Positions 7,924 to 17,667 of a stretch of DNA of 59,573 nucleotides are shown in pieces. Within the stretch, counting starts at the first letter, position 1, and each line of letters starts with the position of its first letter. A program made the position numbers and the translations under genes. Below the pieces are notes generated by a model. It searched no databases and was not told the origin of the DNA. It worked only from the letters and a program-made list of their open reading frames with translations. The stretch covers positions 1 through 59,573 of IMG/VR virus record IMGVR_UViG_3300033141_001990, one strand, 5' to 3'. Source of the DNA: a virus. Lineage: Duplodnaviria; Caudoviricetes.

Positions 7924-8810
7924 CGCGCCTCCCTTGGAGGCAGGCTGCCAGCAGACACCCTAACTTCTTTCGACGCCTCGGCTGCCGCACGCCCTGCGCG
8001 GGCCTTCTGCTCCTTGGCGAACTGCTCCTCTCTAGCCTCAAGCTGTTTCTCCATCTGCTCCGTACTACGAAAACAATACTCTGGGAGAAGCCGACCGTTG
8101 GCTCGATACCAAGACTCTTCGTGGAGGAAAGCTGTAAGCGCACGTTCAACGGACTCGGACCCAAACTCCTTGAGACGGTCGCGGATCATGACCATCCTCT
8201 TCTTCGTTCGCTTAGGTAGCTGTAGATGAGTCTTGCCCTCGTGCTCTGCCCTTTTCTCGATGTATAGATCCCATACCCAATGAGCGATTATCCGAGAGTT
8301 CTCCTCTGGCGTAGGATCGTATATTGCTTTGAGAGTATCGGTGTTTGGGTATCCATACGCTCCGGACTTCCACCACTCCTTCGAGGTCGGGGTCGGGGTC
8401 GAGGTCGGGGTCGTAGGTCTAGCGGCAACCTGCCGAGGCTTTCTGACTTTCTCCGAGAAACCAAGGCCAAGTGTTTGATTTTCCTTGATTGGACCCGGCA
8501 CTCTTGGCTTACCAGCGTTGTCGATCCTTTGGTGCCTGCCCCACCCTTTGATTGAGACATACGCTTGCCCGTTCGCCTCATAGGGATCGACCAGTTGGGC
8601 ACCGCACAGCTCGCGCAAGGGCTCCCCTGCGTCCTTGGTGGTGTCTTGCCACACCATCGCTGCGAGGTAGCGGTGACCCGCTCTCGCGTTTCCGTAGTCG
8701 TCTGCCAGAAGCCATAGAGATACGAATAAGCGCCAAGCGGAGTCGCTTAGTGCGCTTGTCTTATCGTCCTCCAGAAGCTCCGGCTTTATTGACCTGATTC
8801 TTCCAGCCAT
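7920..8810 (-). CDS. Replication initiator / replisome organiser
   Basis: RIRSIKPE...RLF..LW..ADDYG N-terminus typical of phage initiators; directly upstream of dnaB. Confidence 0.7.
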   Translation of the reverse strand: MAGRIRSIKPELLEDDKTSALSDSAWRLFVSLWLLADDYGNARAGHRYLAAMVWQDTTKDAGEPLRELCGAQLVDPYEANGQAYVSIKGWGRHQRIDNAGKPRVPGPIKENQTLGLGFSEKVRKPRQVAARPTTPTSTPTPTSKEWWKSGAYGYPNTDTLKAIYDPTPEENSRIIAHWVWDLYIEKRAEHEGKTHLQLPKRTKKRMVMIRDRLKEFGSESVERALTAFLHEESWYRANGRLLPEYCFRSTEQMEKQLEAREEQFAKEQKARAGRAAAEASKEVRVSAGSLPPREAR

Positions 8811-8849
8811 ATCTTTAATTTCCTTCATCTTATTGTCGTGGTTTTGTGT

Positions 8850-8882
8850 TGTATTTGAGGCAAGGTGCCTCCTGGTGGCTGC
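8850..8882 (-). promoter_or_regulatory. Bipartite motif copy 1 (degenerate)
   Basis: Plus strand tgtatttgagg-N9-tcctggtggctgc, upstream of the initiator gene. Confidence 0.5.
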
Positions 8883-8981
8883 GGGAGCCGCAGGGACCGA
8901 TACCGTGTGCCCCGTGCGGCATCCCGCTGTATTGCTGGTCATTCGTGGGTTCGCATAGAGCGTCTCCAGAATGTTTCCAGA

Positions 8982-9266
8982 CTACTTAGCAGCTTGCCTT
9001 CTCAGCTTTGCTGATCGGTATCTCTCATACTCCTTGTCCTCGTGCTTATCACCCGTAAGCAACCAAACAAGATCGCACTCAAGAGCACGAGCTAACTTGA
9101 CAACCGTTTCTCCATTGGGGTTTTTTCGGTCGCCACGCTCAATCATGGCAACGTGCCCCTCGTGAAGACCAGATCGCCTATCAAGCTCCTTTGCGCTTAT
9201 CCCCTTAGCGATCCTTCGTGTTCTTAATCTTTCGCCAAAGGTTGATTCCTTACCACTCTTCGCCAT
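8982..9266 (-). CDS. XRE-family HTH transcriptional regulator
   Basis: FGERLRTRR..KGIS..EL....G......IERG...P....KLARAL.C...WLL; GGAGGA RBS. Confidence 0.9.
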   Translation of the reverse strand: MAKSGKESTFGERLRTRRIAKGISAKELDRRSGLHEGHVAMIERGDRKNPNGETVVKLARALECDLVWLLTGDKHEDKEYERYRSAKLRRQAAK

Positions 9267-9663
9267 CGCTTCCTCCGTCGTCAAAGTTAGGTTCCCTACG
9301 CATATCAAGGGCATCGCTTACGGTCTCAACCGTGTGCGTGTCCCGCTCTTGTCGATCCTGTTTCTTAATTACGTGAGCATCCTTGCAGTTAATCTCGACT
9401 GTTGTTCGCACGCTTCCCTTGTATTCGTATTCGTCAATAACGATGGGACCTTCCACGTACACCAAGTCCCCCTTGTTTATATGCGATACGCGATCCACCA
9501 TGCGATCCCAGCACACAACCGAATACCAGGAGGTGTGATCTTGCTGCTTCTTGGTAGTTCGCACAGCTAACCTGAACTTGGCTTGCCTCATGCCGCTATC
9601 GAAAACCATCTCTTCGGGCTGTGTGCCCACCATACCCATAAATTGAACTCTGTTTACAGCCAT
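9250..9663 (-). CDS. ssb: Single-stranded DNA-binding protein
   Basis: VNRV...G.VG..PE, F.LAV, WY.VV.W, KGDLVYVEG, acidic tail. Confidence 0.9.
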   Translation of the reverse strand: MAVNRVQFMGMVGTQPEEMVFDSGMRQAKFRLAVRTTKKQQDHTSWYSVVCWDRMVDRVSHINKGDLVYVEGPIVIDEYEYKGSVRTTVEINCKDAHVIKKQDRQERDTHTVETVSDALDMRREPNFDDGGSDGEEW

Positions 9664-11057
9664 TACGATTTCTCCTTTGTTGTTCTGAATTGTGAATAAG
9701 CTCGTGTTTTAAGTGCTCCCATTTTCTTTGCGCTTTCTTTAATTTCGTTTGCGCGCTCTGTGCCGAGAGCCTTCTTGATAGCCGATACGGCTGGGTTTTT
9801 CCTGGGTGCCACCTTATCAATTTCCCATTGGTTGAAGATGGCTTCATCACACGTGTCCCCAAAATCGTCCTTCGCGGACAAGTCGATCGAGTCGGAAGAC
9901 ATACTGATTTCGCGCCACACCTTTCCGCCACCCATAGGTATGCCACCATTCTCTGTTGAGAAAGATTCAAGCGAAGCTCGGACTGCCTTGACGTGAGTCT
10001 CCACTACGCTAGTCGCACTCTTGAGCCACACAGCGTGGTCCTCGTCTCTAACCACAGTCACAAAATCTGCTCCGGAGTAAGTCTTCTTGAGCTTTTTTTT
10101 GATCGTAACCAGCCCGCTACTTGCGCTAGTGGCAGACAGGTTCTCTGCCTCGGGACATATGCTTGCGCTCCTGCACCACCTACACTTTGGGCCAACTACA
10201 GGTGAGATGTCCTCTGCTTTGAGGCTATCCCATACTGGAGAGAACCGAGCGAAGTAGCTCGCGACAAGGTGACGAGCGCGGAAGATGGCGCGATCAATAC
10301 GGACTTTTCCATACTCATCGACAAAGGCAATCTCCAGCATAATCCACTCGGGGGCTCTGTCCCCAGCACGGTGGTCCAAAAACTCGTCATCTAAAGCTAG
10401 CCATATAGCTGCACCACAAGCATGTAGCTGAGCGTTCCCAGGCTCACCCTCTTTCGTCTTAACGGAATCGGTGTACTCAGGACGACCCGTCTTCCAGTCG
10501 CGAACATACAGGACATCCTCTCCATTCAGATTTGTTTGGGTGGAGCATTGAGTGATCCAGAACAGGTCAACGGTCATAGGTATCTCGCGTTCTGGATCAA
10601 TGTCCGAGTAATCGCGATGCTCTCCACGTGGCAAGAGCCTCGCTGTTCCTTGTGACATATCTATAGCCACTGGGGCCTCTACCCTTGGACCACACACCCC
10701 AACGCTAACCACATCCCCGACAGCACCTTCAGCCATAGTGAGAGCCTCATCCTTAAGAGCAATTAGGTTCAGGTGATCGGGATCATTGGCGTCGTCTTTC
10801 TCTGCATCCAACCTAGATCGCTGAGTGTTCAGATACGTCTTCGCAAGGCTGCGCAGACCGCTTGAAGTGTTAGGTTTTGCGCGGTTGCTTGGGGATAGAG
10901 GGAAGTCCTGCATCTTCTCAAAGCACTTCTCCATGTGGTCATGAAACAGCGTGCCCCGCGTAGCGGAGTCGCCCACCTTCTCTGTCTCGTCTGGCACGTT
11001 CTTTACCCACCAAACGCACTGCTCCGCTCTGCTAAGAGCACTCGCTGAGAGCGTCAT
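9663..11057 (-). CDS. PD-(D/E)XK nuclease (Cas4/RecE-like exonuclease)
   Basis: N-terminal SAS...C, RGTLFH, TVDL, RDWKTG, QL, C-terminal CxWCx5C. Confidence 0.8.
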   Translation of the reverse strand: MTLSASALSRAEQCVWWVKNVPDETEKVGDSATRGTLFHDHMEKCFEKMQDFPLSPSNRAKPNTSSGLRSLAKTYLNTQRSRLDAEKDDANDPDHLNLIALKDEALTMAEGAVGDVVSVGVCGPRVEAPVAIDMSQGTARLLPRGEHRDYSDIDPEREIPMTVDLFWITQCSTQTNLNGEDVLYVRDWKTGRPEYTDSVKTKEGEPGNAQLHACGAAIWLALDDEFLDHRAGDRAPEWIMLEIAFVDEYGKVRIDRAIFRARHLVASYFARFSPVWDSLKAEDISPVVGPKCRWCRSASICPEAENLSATSASSGLVTIKKKLKKTYSGADFVTVVRDEDHAVWLKSATSVVETHVKAVRASLESFSTENGGIPMGGGKVWREISMSSDSIDLSAKDDFGDTCDEAIFNQWEIDKVAPRKNPAVSAIKKALGTERANEIKESAKKMGALKTRAYSQFRTTKEKS

Positions 11058-12055
11058 CGGTTGCCCGCCTCACACTCAATGGCACGAGCCTTGGCAGCTA
11101 TAGTTAAAGCGGCATAATTATCCTCGAACTCCTTCGGTTCCCCGCGAACCTCGTCAGGAAGGCAATCGTGTACCATGCGCTCAATCCATTTGGTGGTTCG
11201 CTTACCGTCTGGCTGGTTGCCCAGAAAATATGTCAGCATATCGTTGAATCCATCGAGCTGTGCGGTGCTAAGCACATCTGATGGCGATATTGCGTCAGTA
11301 GACTTAGGGTCAACAGCAGCCTTGAACCACATACTTAGGCTGCCAATGGAACATAAAACCAAACCCTCCTTACATTCCCTATATGCGTCCTTTAGGGATT
11401 TTCTTTTGTTTGGTGGGGAAGAGGATATGTCTGCCTGGAGTCCCCACAGAGCAGAAAATGAGGTGCCTTGCTTTTTAATGTCGGAAGCGCTTAGGTTGTG
11501 GTTGGCCACCGTGTGCGAGCGCACCTTCTTCCCTGGCGCTTTTGGTTTAAGGCCAGCGTGACCGTCTGCCTTTTGTGCATCGTCATCCTCATCCGACGTT
11601 GGGATACCCAGTATCGCGAGCAGCGCGTAACGCTTAGCGTATGATATGGACGACCCCTCCCCCTTCATGCCGGAGTTCTCTACGATATAGGGATACCGAG
11701 AGAGGATAAACTCGCCCGACGTGTGCATGAGCATTGTCCAAACGCACCCGTTGCCGAGTGGCTGAACGAAGCTAAGCCCCGTCCTATCAAGGTGTGGCGT
11801 AAGCGCCTCCACCACGTCAACATACTGGGCGTACTTATATCTGATCCTTCCGGCATCAACCTTGCTTCCCTTGTAAACCGATCCAATCTTCGTTTGCACA
11901 TCGTTGATTGCGTCAGACAGGTTGTTAATGGACATGCTGAATATAAGCTCTGGCGATTGGTCAGAGTTTATTGCCTTCATCAGCGCTAGGTGGTGCTCTG
12001 AGCTAATGGCCCATGGTTGCGTTGTTGGTTGCGTTGTTGGTTTCTTTGCAGTCAT
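11054..12055 (-). CDS. ERF-family ssDNA-annealing recombinase
   Basis: YKYA, LMHTSGE, GSSISYAKRYALLAILGI...EDDDA signature. Confidence 0.9.
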   Translation of the reverse strand: MTAKKPTTQPTTQPWAISSEHHLALMKAINSDQSPELIFSMSINNLSDAINDVQTKIGSVYKGSKVDAGRIRYKYAQYVDVVEALTPHLDRTGLSFVQPLGNGCVWTMLMHTSGEFILSRYPYIVENSGMKGEGSSISYAKRYALLAILGIPTSDEDDDAQKADGHAGLKPKAPGKKVRSHTVANHNLSASDIKKQGTSFSALWGLQADISSSPPNKRKSLKDAYRECKEGLVLCSIGSLSMWFKAAVDPKSTDAISPSDVLSTAQLDGFNDMLTYFLGNQPDGKRTTKWIERMVHDCLPDEVRGEPKEFEDNYAALTIAAKARAIECEAGNR

Positions 12056-13323
12056 ACCGATTCTCCATTGTTGTTGGTTTCACATGAAACACGGGAGTGA
12101 TCCCGTGGTGTGATTTTATAAGTGCGCTTCGTTACCGATTGCTCGACATCGCGGTTAACGACTGTCTGCGCCACGAACTTGCGAACTCGCCGCGTGCCTG
12201 GAACAGAGACACCGGTTTCGTTTGTGCGTGGTCCTACCCAATAGTGATGCCAATGCCCGCGACGAACATGCCTTCTTACTCGCGAGCCCGATGATGGGTT
12301 CTCATCTAGCTTCATTTCAAGCAAGCGACCCACATGGGTTACCGTAGCGCCGCTTGGTAAAAAGCTCGCGCGAACACCCTTCTTCCGAAGCGTTCTCCTC
12401 TTGTTCCTAGCGGCATTGTCTCGCTCATCCGGCGCGTGTGACTCAAGCTCGCAGTTAGAACAGACCAGATATAGGATGAGGTTGATTGCTATGCGAGAGA
12501 GAGACATCATCGTATCTGCATGTTCTCTCCCACCTTGCTGGAAGAACTCACTCTCAAGTGTTGCCGGGGGGCACGTTTGCGACTCTTCGATCAGATTCTC
12601 GAACTGTTTTTCAAGGCTATGGATATAAGCATTAGATGTGGCGTTGCCGCGCAACTCGTGTTGTCCGCGTAGTTGGATCTGAAACCAGCTAACAGCGTCA
12701 TCGAATGTACCGAAGGAGTCATCGTTACCTTCTCCCCACGCAGTAACCCTAATCCCCTCCTCACCATTGTCTCCCGCGATCCTGGAGACATACATTCCAA
12801 CCACCCGGTGCCACCCAGTTCTCTCTCCACCCCAAAGCCTGAGTCCGGAGTTTGGCAATGCTAACCAGAACGTATCGTGAGGTATTGCTAGGTCGCTGTA
12901 GAATATCTCCGACAGTTTTGTGGTAGAGAAAGCTTCTGCCATTCGTGGTCCGACCACAAAGGTCTGCTGACCGCAGTCCTCATAGCGACGCATTGACGAT
13001 AGCATCGCAGCGAGATGGCTTGGCACAAGAGCGCTGGCTTGGTTGAGCACTATGTCAACCGTCCTTGGGTCGAGCCCGCGCAAAGCCTCAAGCATAGTGG
13101 TAACTTTGAGGTGCTTCTTCATGACCTCATCGAATTGAGACCAGATGTCGAAGTGAATCTGCACCTGATCGTGACTGGAGCTAACATTGCGCCACGAGCG
13201 CGTGTTCGTATCTGCCAGCCCAGATTCTGGCAGCGCAAGAAGGGTGTTGATGAACCTCAGAAGCGCAGGGCGAGCATCCTTTGGAACATTCGATACGTCA
13301 ACCAGATCGCTAAGCTCAGTCAT
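12052..13323 (-). CDS. Uncharacterised phage protein with C-terminal H.RRGHW motif
   Basis: RRHVRRGHWHHYWVGP; coupled to the ERF gene. Confidence 0.7.
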   Translation of the reverse strand: MTELSDLVDVSNVPKDARPALLRFINTLLALPESGLADTNTRSWRNVSSSHDQVQIHFDIWSQFDEVMKKHLKVTTMLEALRGLDPRTVDIVLNQASALVPSHLAAMLSSMRRYEDCGQQTFVVGPRMAEAFSTTKLSEIFYSDLAIPHDTFWLALPNSGLRLWGGERTGWHRVVGMYVSRIAGDNGEEGIRVTAWGEGNDDSFGTFDDAVSWFQIQLRGQHELRGNATSNAYIHSLEKQFENLIEESQTCPPATLESEFFQQGGREHADTMMSLSRIAINLILYLVCSNCELESHAPDERDNAARNKRRTLRKKGVRASFLPSGATVTHVGRLLEMKLDENPSSGSRVRRHVRRGHWHHYWVGPRTNETGVSVPGTRRVRKFVAQTVVNRDVEQSVTKRTYKITPRDHSRVSCETNNNGESV

Positions 13324-13723
13324 CGCTTCCTCCGTCCAGCTTGTTTGCCAGCAGGAGTGCCCCGAACACCCTTAGCGAATCAACGATCTCGTGCTCTCGG
13401 TTAAGTATCTCCTGCCACTCAGCTTTCTTTATGAGGCAAGCGTCGCTTTTATTCACATAGCCTGTGCATCTACAGCACCCATTTGAGCACGCCCCAATCT
13501 GCTCATCTGGCGGAAGCCTGCTAACGTCACTTTCAATGTGCTTATTGTGAGCAAGTTTTACTCTCGCAAGTGCGACGAGCAACTCCTCCAACTTAGCAGG
13601 GGCAAAAACTAGCTCCCGACATTGCTTTATGAGTAACGAAAAGGAGCAGCTCATATCATGAAGTTGATCATGCGCCTTTGTAAATACTTTGAAAATTTCT
13701 GTAGGTGTTAGTTCGTTTTCCAT
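13316..13723 (-). CDS. Hypothetical protein (Cys cluster)
   Basis: RBS AAGGGA; CSNGCCRC. Confidence 0.6.
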   Translation of the reverse strand: MENELTPTEIFKVFTKAHDQLHDMSCSFSLLIKQCRELVFAPAKLEELLVALARVKLAHNKHIESDVSRLPPDEQIGACSNGCCRCTGYVNKSDACLIKKAEWQEILNREHEIVDSLRVFGALLLANKLDGGSDD

Positions 13724-13736
13724 CGTGTTTTCCCTT

Positions 13737-13769
13737 TCAATTTGAGTGTCTAATCTTCCTGAGAGCCGC
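13737..13769 (-). promoter_or_regulatory. Bipartite motif copy 2
   Basis: tcaatttgagt-N9-tcctgagagccgc. Confidence 0.65.
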
Positions 13770-14097
13770 GATCTGAACGTGCTAGCCGTCGCGCCTTTAC
13801 GATTCTTTTCCAGTCAGTCCCGTGTAGGTACTCAAAGAAGTTAACCTCCACGAATCTTTCTGATCCGTCCTTCATGGTTAGCCTGCTGTGATATTGGAGC
13901 GCTCCCCCCTTGTTACGGTCATGCGGCACCAGCGCGACACCCTTAACCATGTGCGGCTCAACCCCATACTCCGCCTCAAACGATAGCTGTCGGCTAAGTT
14001 GAGCTGTCAGCTCGTTTGCTTCGTCGCGCTTACGCGACATCCTATCGGTTACTTCTTTAATCAAGTCCTTGGGTTCATTCATAACGGTGGTCTCCAT
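13750..14097 (-). CDS. Hypothetical protein
   Basis: 115-aa ORF in operon orientation. Confidence 0.6.
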   Translation of the reverse strand: METTVMNEPKDLIKEVTDRMSRKRDEANELTAQLSRQLSFEAEYGVEPHMVKGVALVPHDRNKGGALQYHSRLTMKDGSERFVEVNFFEYLHGTDWKRIVKARRLARSDRGSQED

Positions 14098-14140
14098 GTG
14101 TGTTGTTTTTGGGAATGTGTTTGTGCATTACGCACCAACC

Positions 14141-14272
14141 CCACGCGCGCCCACGCCCTGACCAAGGACATAGGACGCGCGTGGAGCGGCACAACTAGTC
14201 AGCGATTAAGCGGGTTGCTCCTAAGCAAAGGGGTAACTCACAGAGCAACCCGCTAATCTACATGCTGACTAG
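14141..14272 (-). ncRNA. Candidate structured RNA (two long adjacent hairpins)
   Basis: ctagtcagc/gctgactag plus agcgggttgctc/gagcaacccgct stem; second stem ccacgcgcg/cgcgcgtgg whose inner part pairs via G-U only on the minus strand. Confidence 0.45.
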
Positions 14273-15612
14273 GATGCGATCTGGATTTTCTGATTGCGGC
14301 TCTCAAACACGCCGCCCGCCATACGCTCAAGCTCAAGCGTGCGCTCAGCAGTCTTTGCGCTTTGTGCGATGAGAGATAGGACGTTAGAAGCGCGCCACAC
14401 GGTGCGCGCAGGAGGAAGCAACACCTCTTGCTCGCAGTTGTTGAATAGGTTCTCAGCTAACATCAGCTCGTCTTTGGTAAGGTGTCTCTTGATAGATTCA
14501 CCAAACTTTTTCCAGTCGGTTTCGGTTTCGTGTGCTTTTTGGATAGCGATTTGGAGCTGCCCAATGTTGTCGTCGCTAAGCATATGCTTTATGTAGTCCT
14601 TCATGGTCGCAGCGCTGGCCGCAGTGACCTTCTCACGGGTGTCCTCACTCCACGCGATGTCGCCATGGAGCTTGGTTCCCGTGTGAACCTCACGCAAGCT
14701 GTCCATCGTTGTAGCCTTGTTGGTACACCAAAGCCTCTCGATGGTTAGAGCTAAGCAGTTAGCTCCACATCCGAAGTCCGACGTGGACCACGCAACCCCG
14801 AAGATCATTGGGCTATCAGCGATGGGCTCAAACACGCGCTGAAGCACGAGCTTAATTTGACATCGCGTGTCGCTCATAATCGCATCCGTTGGAACAGCTC
14901 CAGCATCGTTAGCTGCCTCCAACAGAGTCTCCAATAGAAGCATACTATCAAGACGCTTATAGCTAGATCCCAAGAACCCGCGAGCCTCATCGTCAATCGA
15001 TCGGACTAGCGATTTCTTCATCTTGATTGGCGTATCCTTGTAGTGGGTATTGAGAACCTCCACGCATAAGCGCTGAAGTGCAGGCTCCCCGCTGTTCATC
15101 ATCTGTTTGAGATACCTTAGCGGCACCTTCGTCTTTTCCCCCGCGGTACCAAACTCGGTACGGTTTGAGATTTGTGATAGTGCGTTGTTATGTAGAGTTA
15201 CCGTGTGTCCACCTACATCCAACAATAGGCGCGACGTGCCGTCCTCTTCGGAAATGGTAGTTATTTTCCCGTCGTTTTTGATGTTGGGCACCTCCACCAT
15301 ATCGAGTAGTCGGCCAACATCGTCCGCACCGTCCATTCCCTTCGCTTCGGGATCGGCAGCATCGAGCAGTACCGGGTCCTGGATAGCCTTAGCGCCAGCG
15401 TGACGCTCAGGTACACCCCATCTAAAATTAAGGTCGCGACCGTGAATCGCAAGCCGGTCCTCTGGAACCACGCTTTGAAGGTGGCGCGCTAACTTAGTTG
15501 CTCTCGCAACACCTTCCTGAATGCGGTTGTGAAACGTCTTGCGTATGTCGATAGCCGCAGCTTCTTTTGCTTTGTCATAGTCTCGCTTATCGTGATGAAA
15601 CATAGTAGCCAT
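14269..15612 (-). CDS. DUF932-like protein with N-terminal extension
   Basis: RGFLGSSYKRLD, S.FG.G, RLWCTN, H.G motifs; AGGAG RBS before ATG 15612. Confidence 0.65.
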   Translation of the reverse strand: MATMFHHDKRDYDKAKEAAAIDIRKTFHNRIQEGVARATKLARHLQSVVPEDRLAIHGRDLNFRWGVPERHAGAKAIQDPVLLDAADPEAKGMDGADDVGRLLDMVEVPNIKNDGKITTISEEDGTSRLLLDVGGHTVTLHNNALSQISNRTEFGTAGEKTKVPLRYLKQMMNSGEPALQRLCVEVLNTHYKDTPIKMKKSLVRSIDDEARGFLGSSYKRLDSMLLLETLLEAANDAGAVPTDAIMSDTRCQIKLVLQRVFEPIADSPMIFGVAWSTSDFGCGANCLALTIERLWCTNKATTMDSLREVHTGTKLHGDIAWSEDTREKVTAASAATMKDYIKHMLSDDNIGQLQIAIQKAHETETDWKKFGESIKRHLTKDELMLAENLFNNCEQEVLLPPARTVWRASNVLSLIAQSAKTAERTLELERMAGGVFESRNQKIQIAS

Positions 15613-15731
15613 TGTTCGTATCTCCTGATTGTTGTGGTGTTTGTGGCTGTGTCCAGCCATGACCATGCTCGGCGTCTACAGCCGCACGCGGTCATAAGAT
15701 ATTTCGTTACATAGTCTAAGACTGGGGACCC

Positions 15732-16007
15732 TTACGTCACCGAATCCCAATAACTCCTTACACTGGCCGCATCTGCTGCGGCATTAAGGCTCGACCACGC
15801 TCGCCTACGGCACCCGCACGTGGTCATCCAGAACTCACCCCCATCCCTTACGGAATACGTGGGCACGTGCCGGCCAACTAGAGGGTTACGCAAGAAGCGC
15901 ACTACCTCGCGCTCAGTCAGCGAACCGTTGTGTATGAATACGCGAGCAACTTCGTACTCGTAGTGAGTCGCGTTGCTCCAGTGCTGCACTGCCTTGCTAA
16001 CACCCAT
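15732..16007 (-). CDS. Hypothetical protein containing the CGCRRRAWS motif
   Basis: Overlaps the upstream stop; motif repeated in frame beyond its own stop. Confidence 0.5.
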   Translation of the reverse strand: MGVSKAVQHWSNATHYEYEVARVFIHNGSLTEREVVRFLRNPLVGRHVPTYSVRDGGEFWMTTCGCRRRAWSSLNAAADAASVRSYWDSVT

Positions 16008-16260
16008 CCTTATGACCCCTTCTCCAGACGCGGCGCACTTCCCTTAAGTCCACCTTCCTTTTTTTGAATACGGTTATGTGTGCAAGGGGCTCGAAACTCA
16101 CCACTACCGCACCCTTTCGCGTGCGCTTAACAGTGAGAACTTTCCTTGTACGAAGCCCCTGGCGATCAAACTCTATATAGTCACCTGATTGAACCTCCTC
16201 CTTGTTAACCTGATAGTGCCACCGTCCGCGTAGCTGCGTAGTTTCGCTTAGCGAACTCAT
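15997..16260 (-). CDS. Small basic hypothetical protein
   Basis: ATGA coupling with the upstream gene. Confidence 0.6.
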   Translation of the reverse strand: MSSLSETTQLRGRWHYQVNKEEVQSGDYIEFDRQGLRTRKVLTVKRTRKGAVVVSFEPLAHITVFKKRKVDLREVRRVWRRGHKDGC

Positions 16261-16511
16261 GAGGAGTCCCCCGGCTTAAGTATGTCGCCCAGCTTTACCG
16301 TCCTCCATGGCTCGGGTGTGCCCCACCCTTCGGGAAGGGGGTCCATGCACGTGAAGTGACCAGAAATCTCCATGGGCCTTTTCCACGCACACTTAGTGCA
16401 ACGGATGTAGATGTCCCCGTAGTGATTTGTGGAGGTTTTCGTTATGTGTCCGCAGTGGTTGCACTTGTATGTCTTGGCTGTGACTCGCCCGGTGAGCTTT
16501 GGCTCCATCAC
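16257..16511 (-). CDS. Zinc-ribbon protein
   Basis: CNHCG...CTKC. Confidence 0.6.
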   Translation of the reverse strand: MMEPKLTGRVTAKTYKCNHCGHITKTSTNHYGDIYIRCTKCAWKRPMEISGHFTCMDPLPEGWGTPEPWRTVKLGDILKPGDSS

Positions 16512-17320
16512 GCCACCACCTCACATGCAGGGTCCTCTTCTGGCGTGGTGATTAGGTGCAATATGAGCACAAGCTCGTGAAAGTTTTGGTGGTGGAAGAA
16601 CATAGCGTCATCCATGCCCCCATAATTATCGGGCCTAAGCCTGACAGCTGGGGACATACGCTCGCGAAAACTTTCTGCGATCAAACGAGTAAGGACGTGG
16701 CTCACCATGTCGCCTCCCCCGTAGTAGGCACGAGCCTTGCCGCCAAAGAAAACCACCTTATCCATCAGGTCGTCTTTCAAGGCGTCAAGTATGCGACGAT
16801 ATGACGTCATGAAAGCTCTGGCAGAGCTAAGAGAAACGGCAGAATGGGTGTGCTTTTTTTCCGACTTATGAATATGAGCGTCCTGGGCCTCCAAGAAGTT
16901 ATTCCACATAGTTAGTGAAGCCACGTCAAACATAAGGCGACACGCCTTTGTGGCCTCAATCCTCTGGCTAACCTGCAAGCGCACAGAGTGGTATCCCAGG
17001 AACTCCATAAACTCGTGGAGCACACCCTGCGGGGGGTTGTGGCTCCATTTAAATACGTCTTTGTCACGCATAGATACGGCCATTAGACCGTTCGTTTGCT
17101 GGCATGAGATGATAGCCTCGGTCACTTCACACCTGAAGTACCATACCTCCCGTTCACAAGTGGTCCCACTACCCTCGACCACGGGAGCGAACCCCTTAAT
17201 AGCTTCGACCATCTCTATGTCTTCATCGCGGTCAAACACATACTGTTGGTGTGAGTTCGATGTGTTACGCGAGCATTGTATGTGCCTAAATCTCTCAATG
17301 GTTCTTCTTAGTGTAGTCAT
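16508..17320 (-). CDS. Hypothetical protein
   Basis: 270 aa, AAGGGA RBS with CA-rich leader. Confidence 0.65.
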   Translation of the reverse strand: MTTLRRTIERFRHIQCSRNTSNSHQQYVFDRDEDIEMVEAIKGFAPVVEGSGTTCEREVWYFRCEVTEAIISCQQTNGLMAVSMRDKDVFKWSHNPPQGVLHEFMEFLGYHSVRLQVSQRIEATKACRLMFDVASLTMWNNFLEAQDAHIHKSEKKHTHSAVSLSSARAFMTSYRRILDALKDDLMDKVVFFGGKARAYYGGGDMVSHVLTRLIAESFRERMSPAVRLRPDNYGGMDDAMFFHHQNFHELVLILHLITTPEEDPACEVVA

Positions 17321-17344
17321 CTCTTGTTCCCTTTGTTGTTGTGG

Positions 17345-17599
17345 TTAGTTAAACACGCGAGTGATGACGCGACGCTTGCCAGAAGGCATCACAGCCCACC
17401 GCGTGCCGCGCCAGATGTTGATACACATGCACGTCCATGCACACCTAGTTATGATCTTGAACCGGCGTCGCCCGCACTCTCTTGTGCCAGTAACCTCGTA
17501 CCGGATAGCTCCCTCAAACCCGGCAATCTCTGTTCTAGGGCGGTCGTCGTCGTCACGCGCTGCCGTGTCAACTACCTCTATGTTCTCATTGCTAGTCAT
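17345..17599 (-). CDS. Hypothetical protein
   Basis: RBS AAGGGA; INIWRGTRWAV motif. Confidence 0.6.
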   Translation of the reverse strand: MTSNENIEVVDTAARDDDDRPRTEIAGFEGAIRYEVTGTRECGRRRFKIITRCAWTCMCINIWRGTRWAVMPSGKRRVITRVFN

Positions 17600-17667
17600 C
17601 GTTTGTTCCCTTCTATTAGAATACGTTCGTTGCCTTTAAAGGTCAAGCATGTTTGTTGTTTCCCGTC

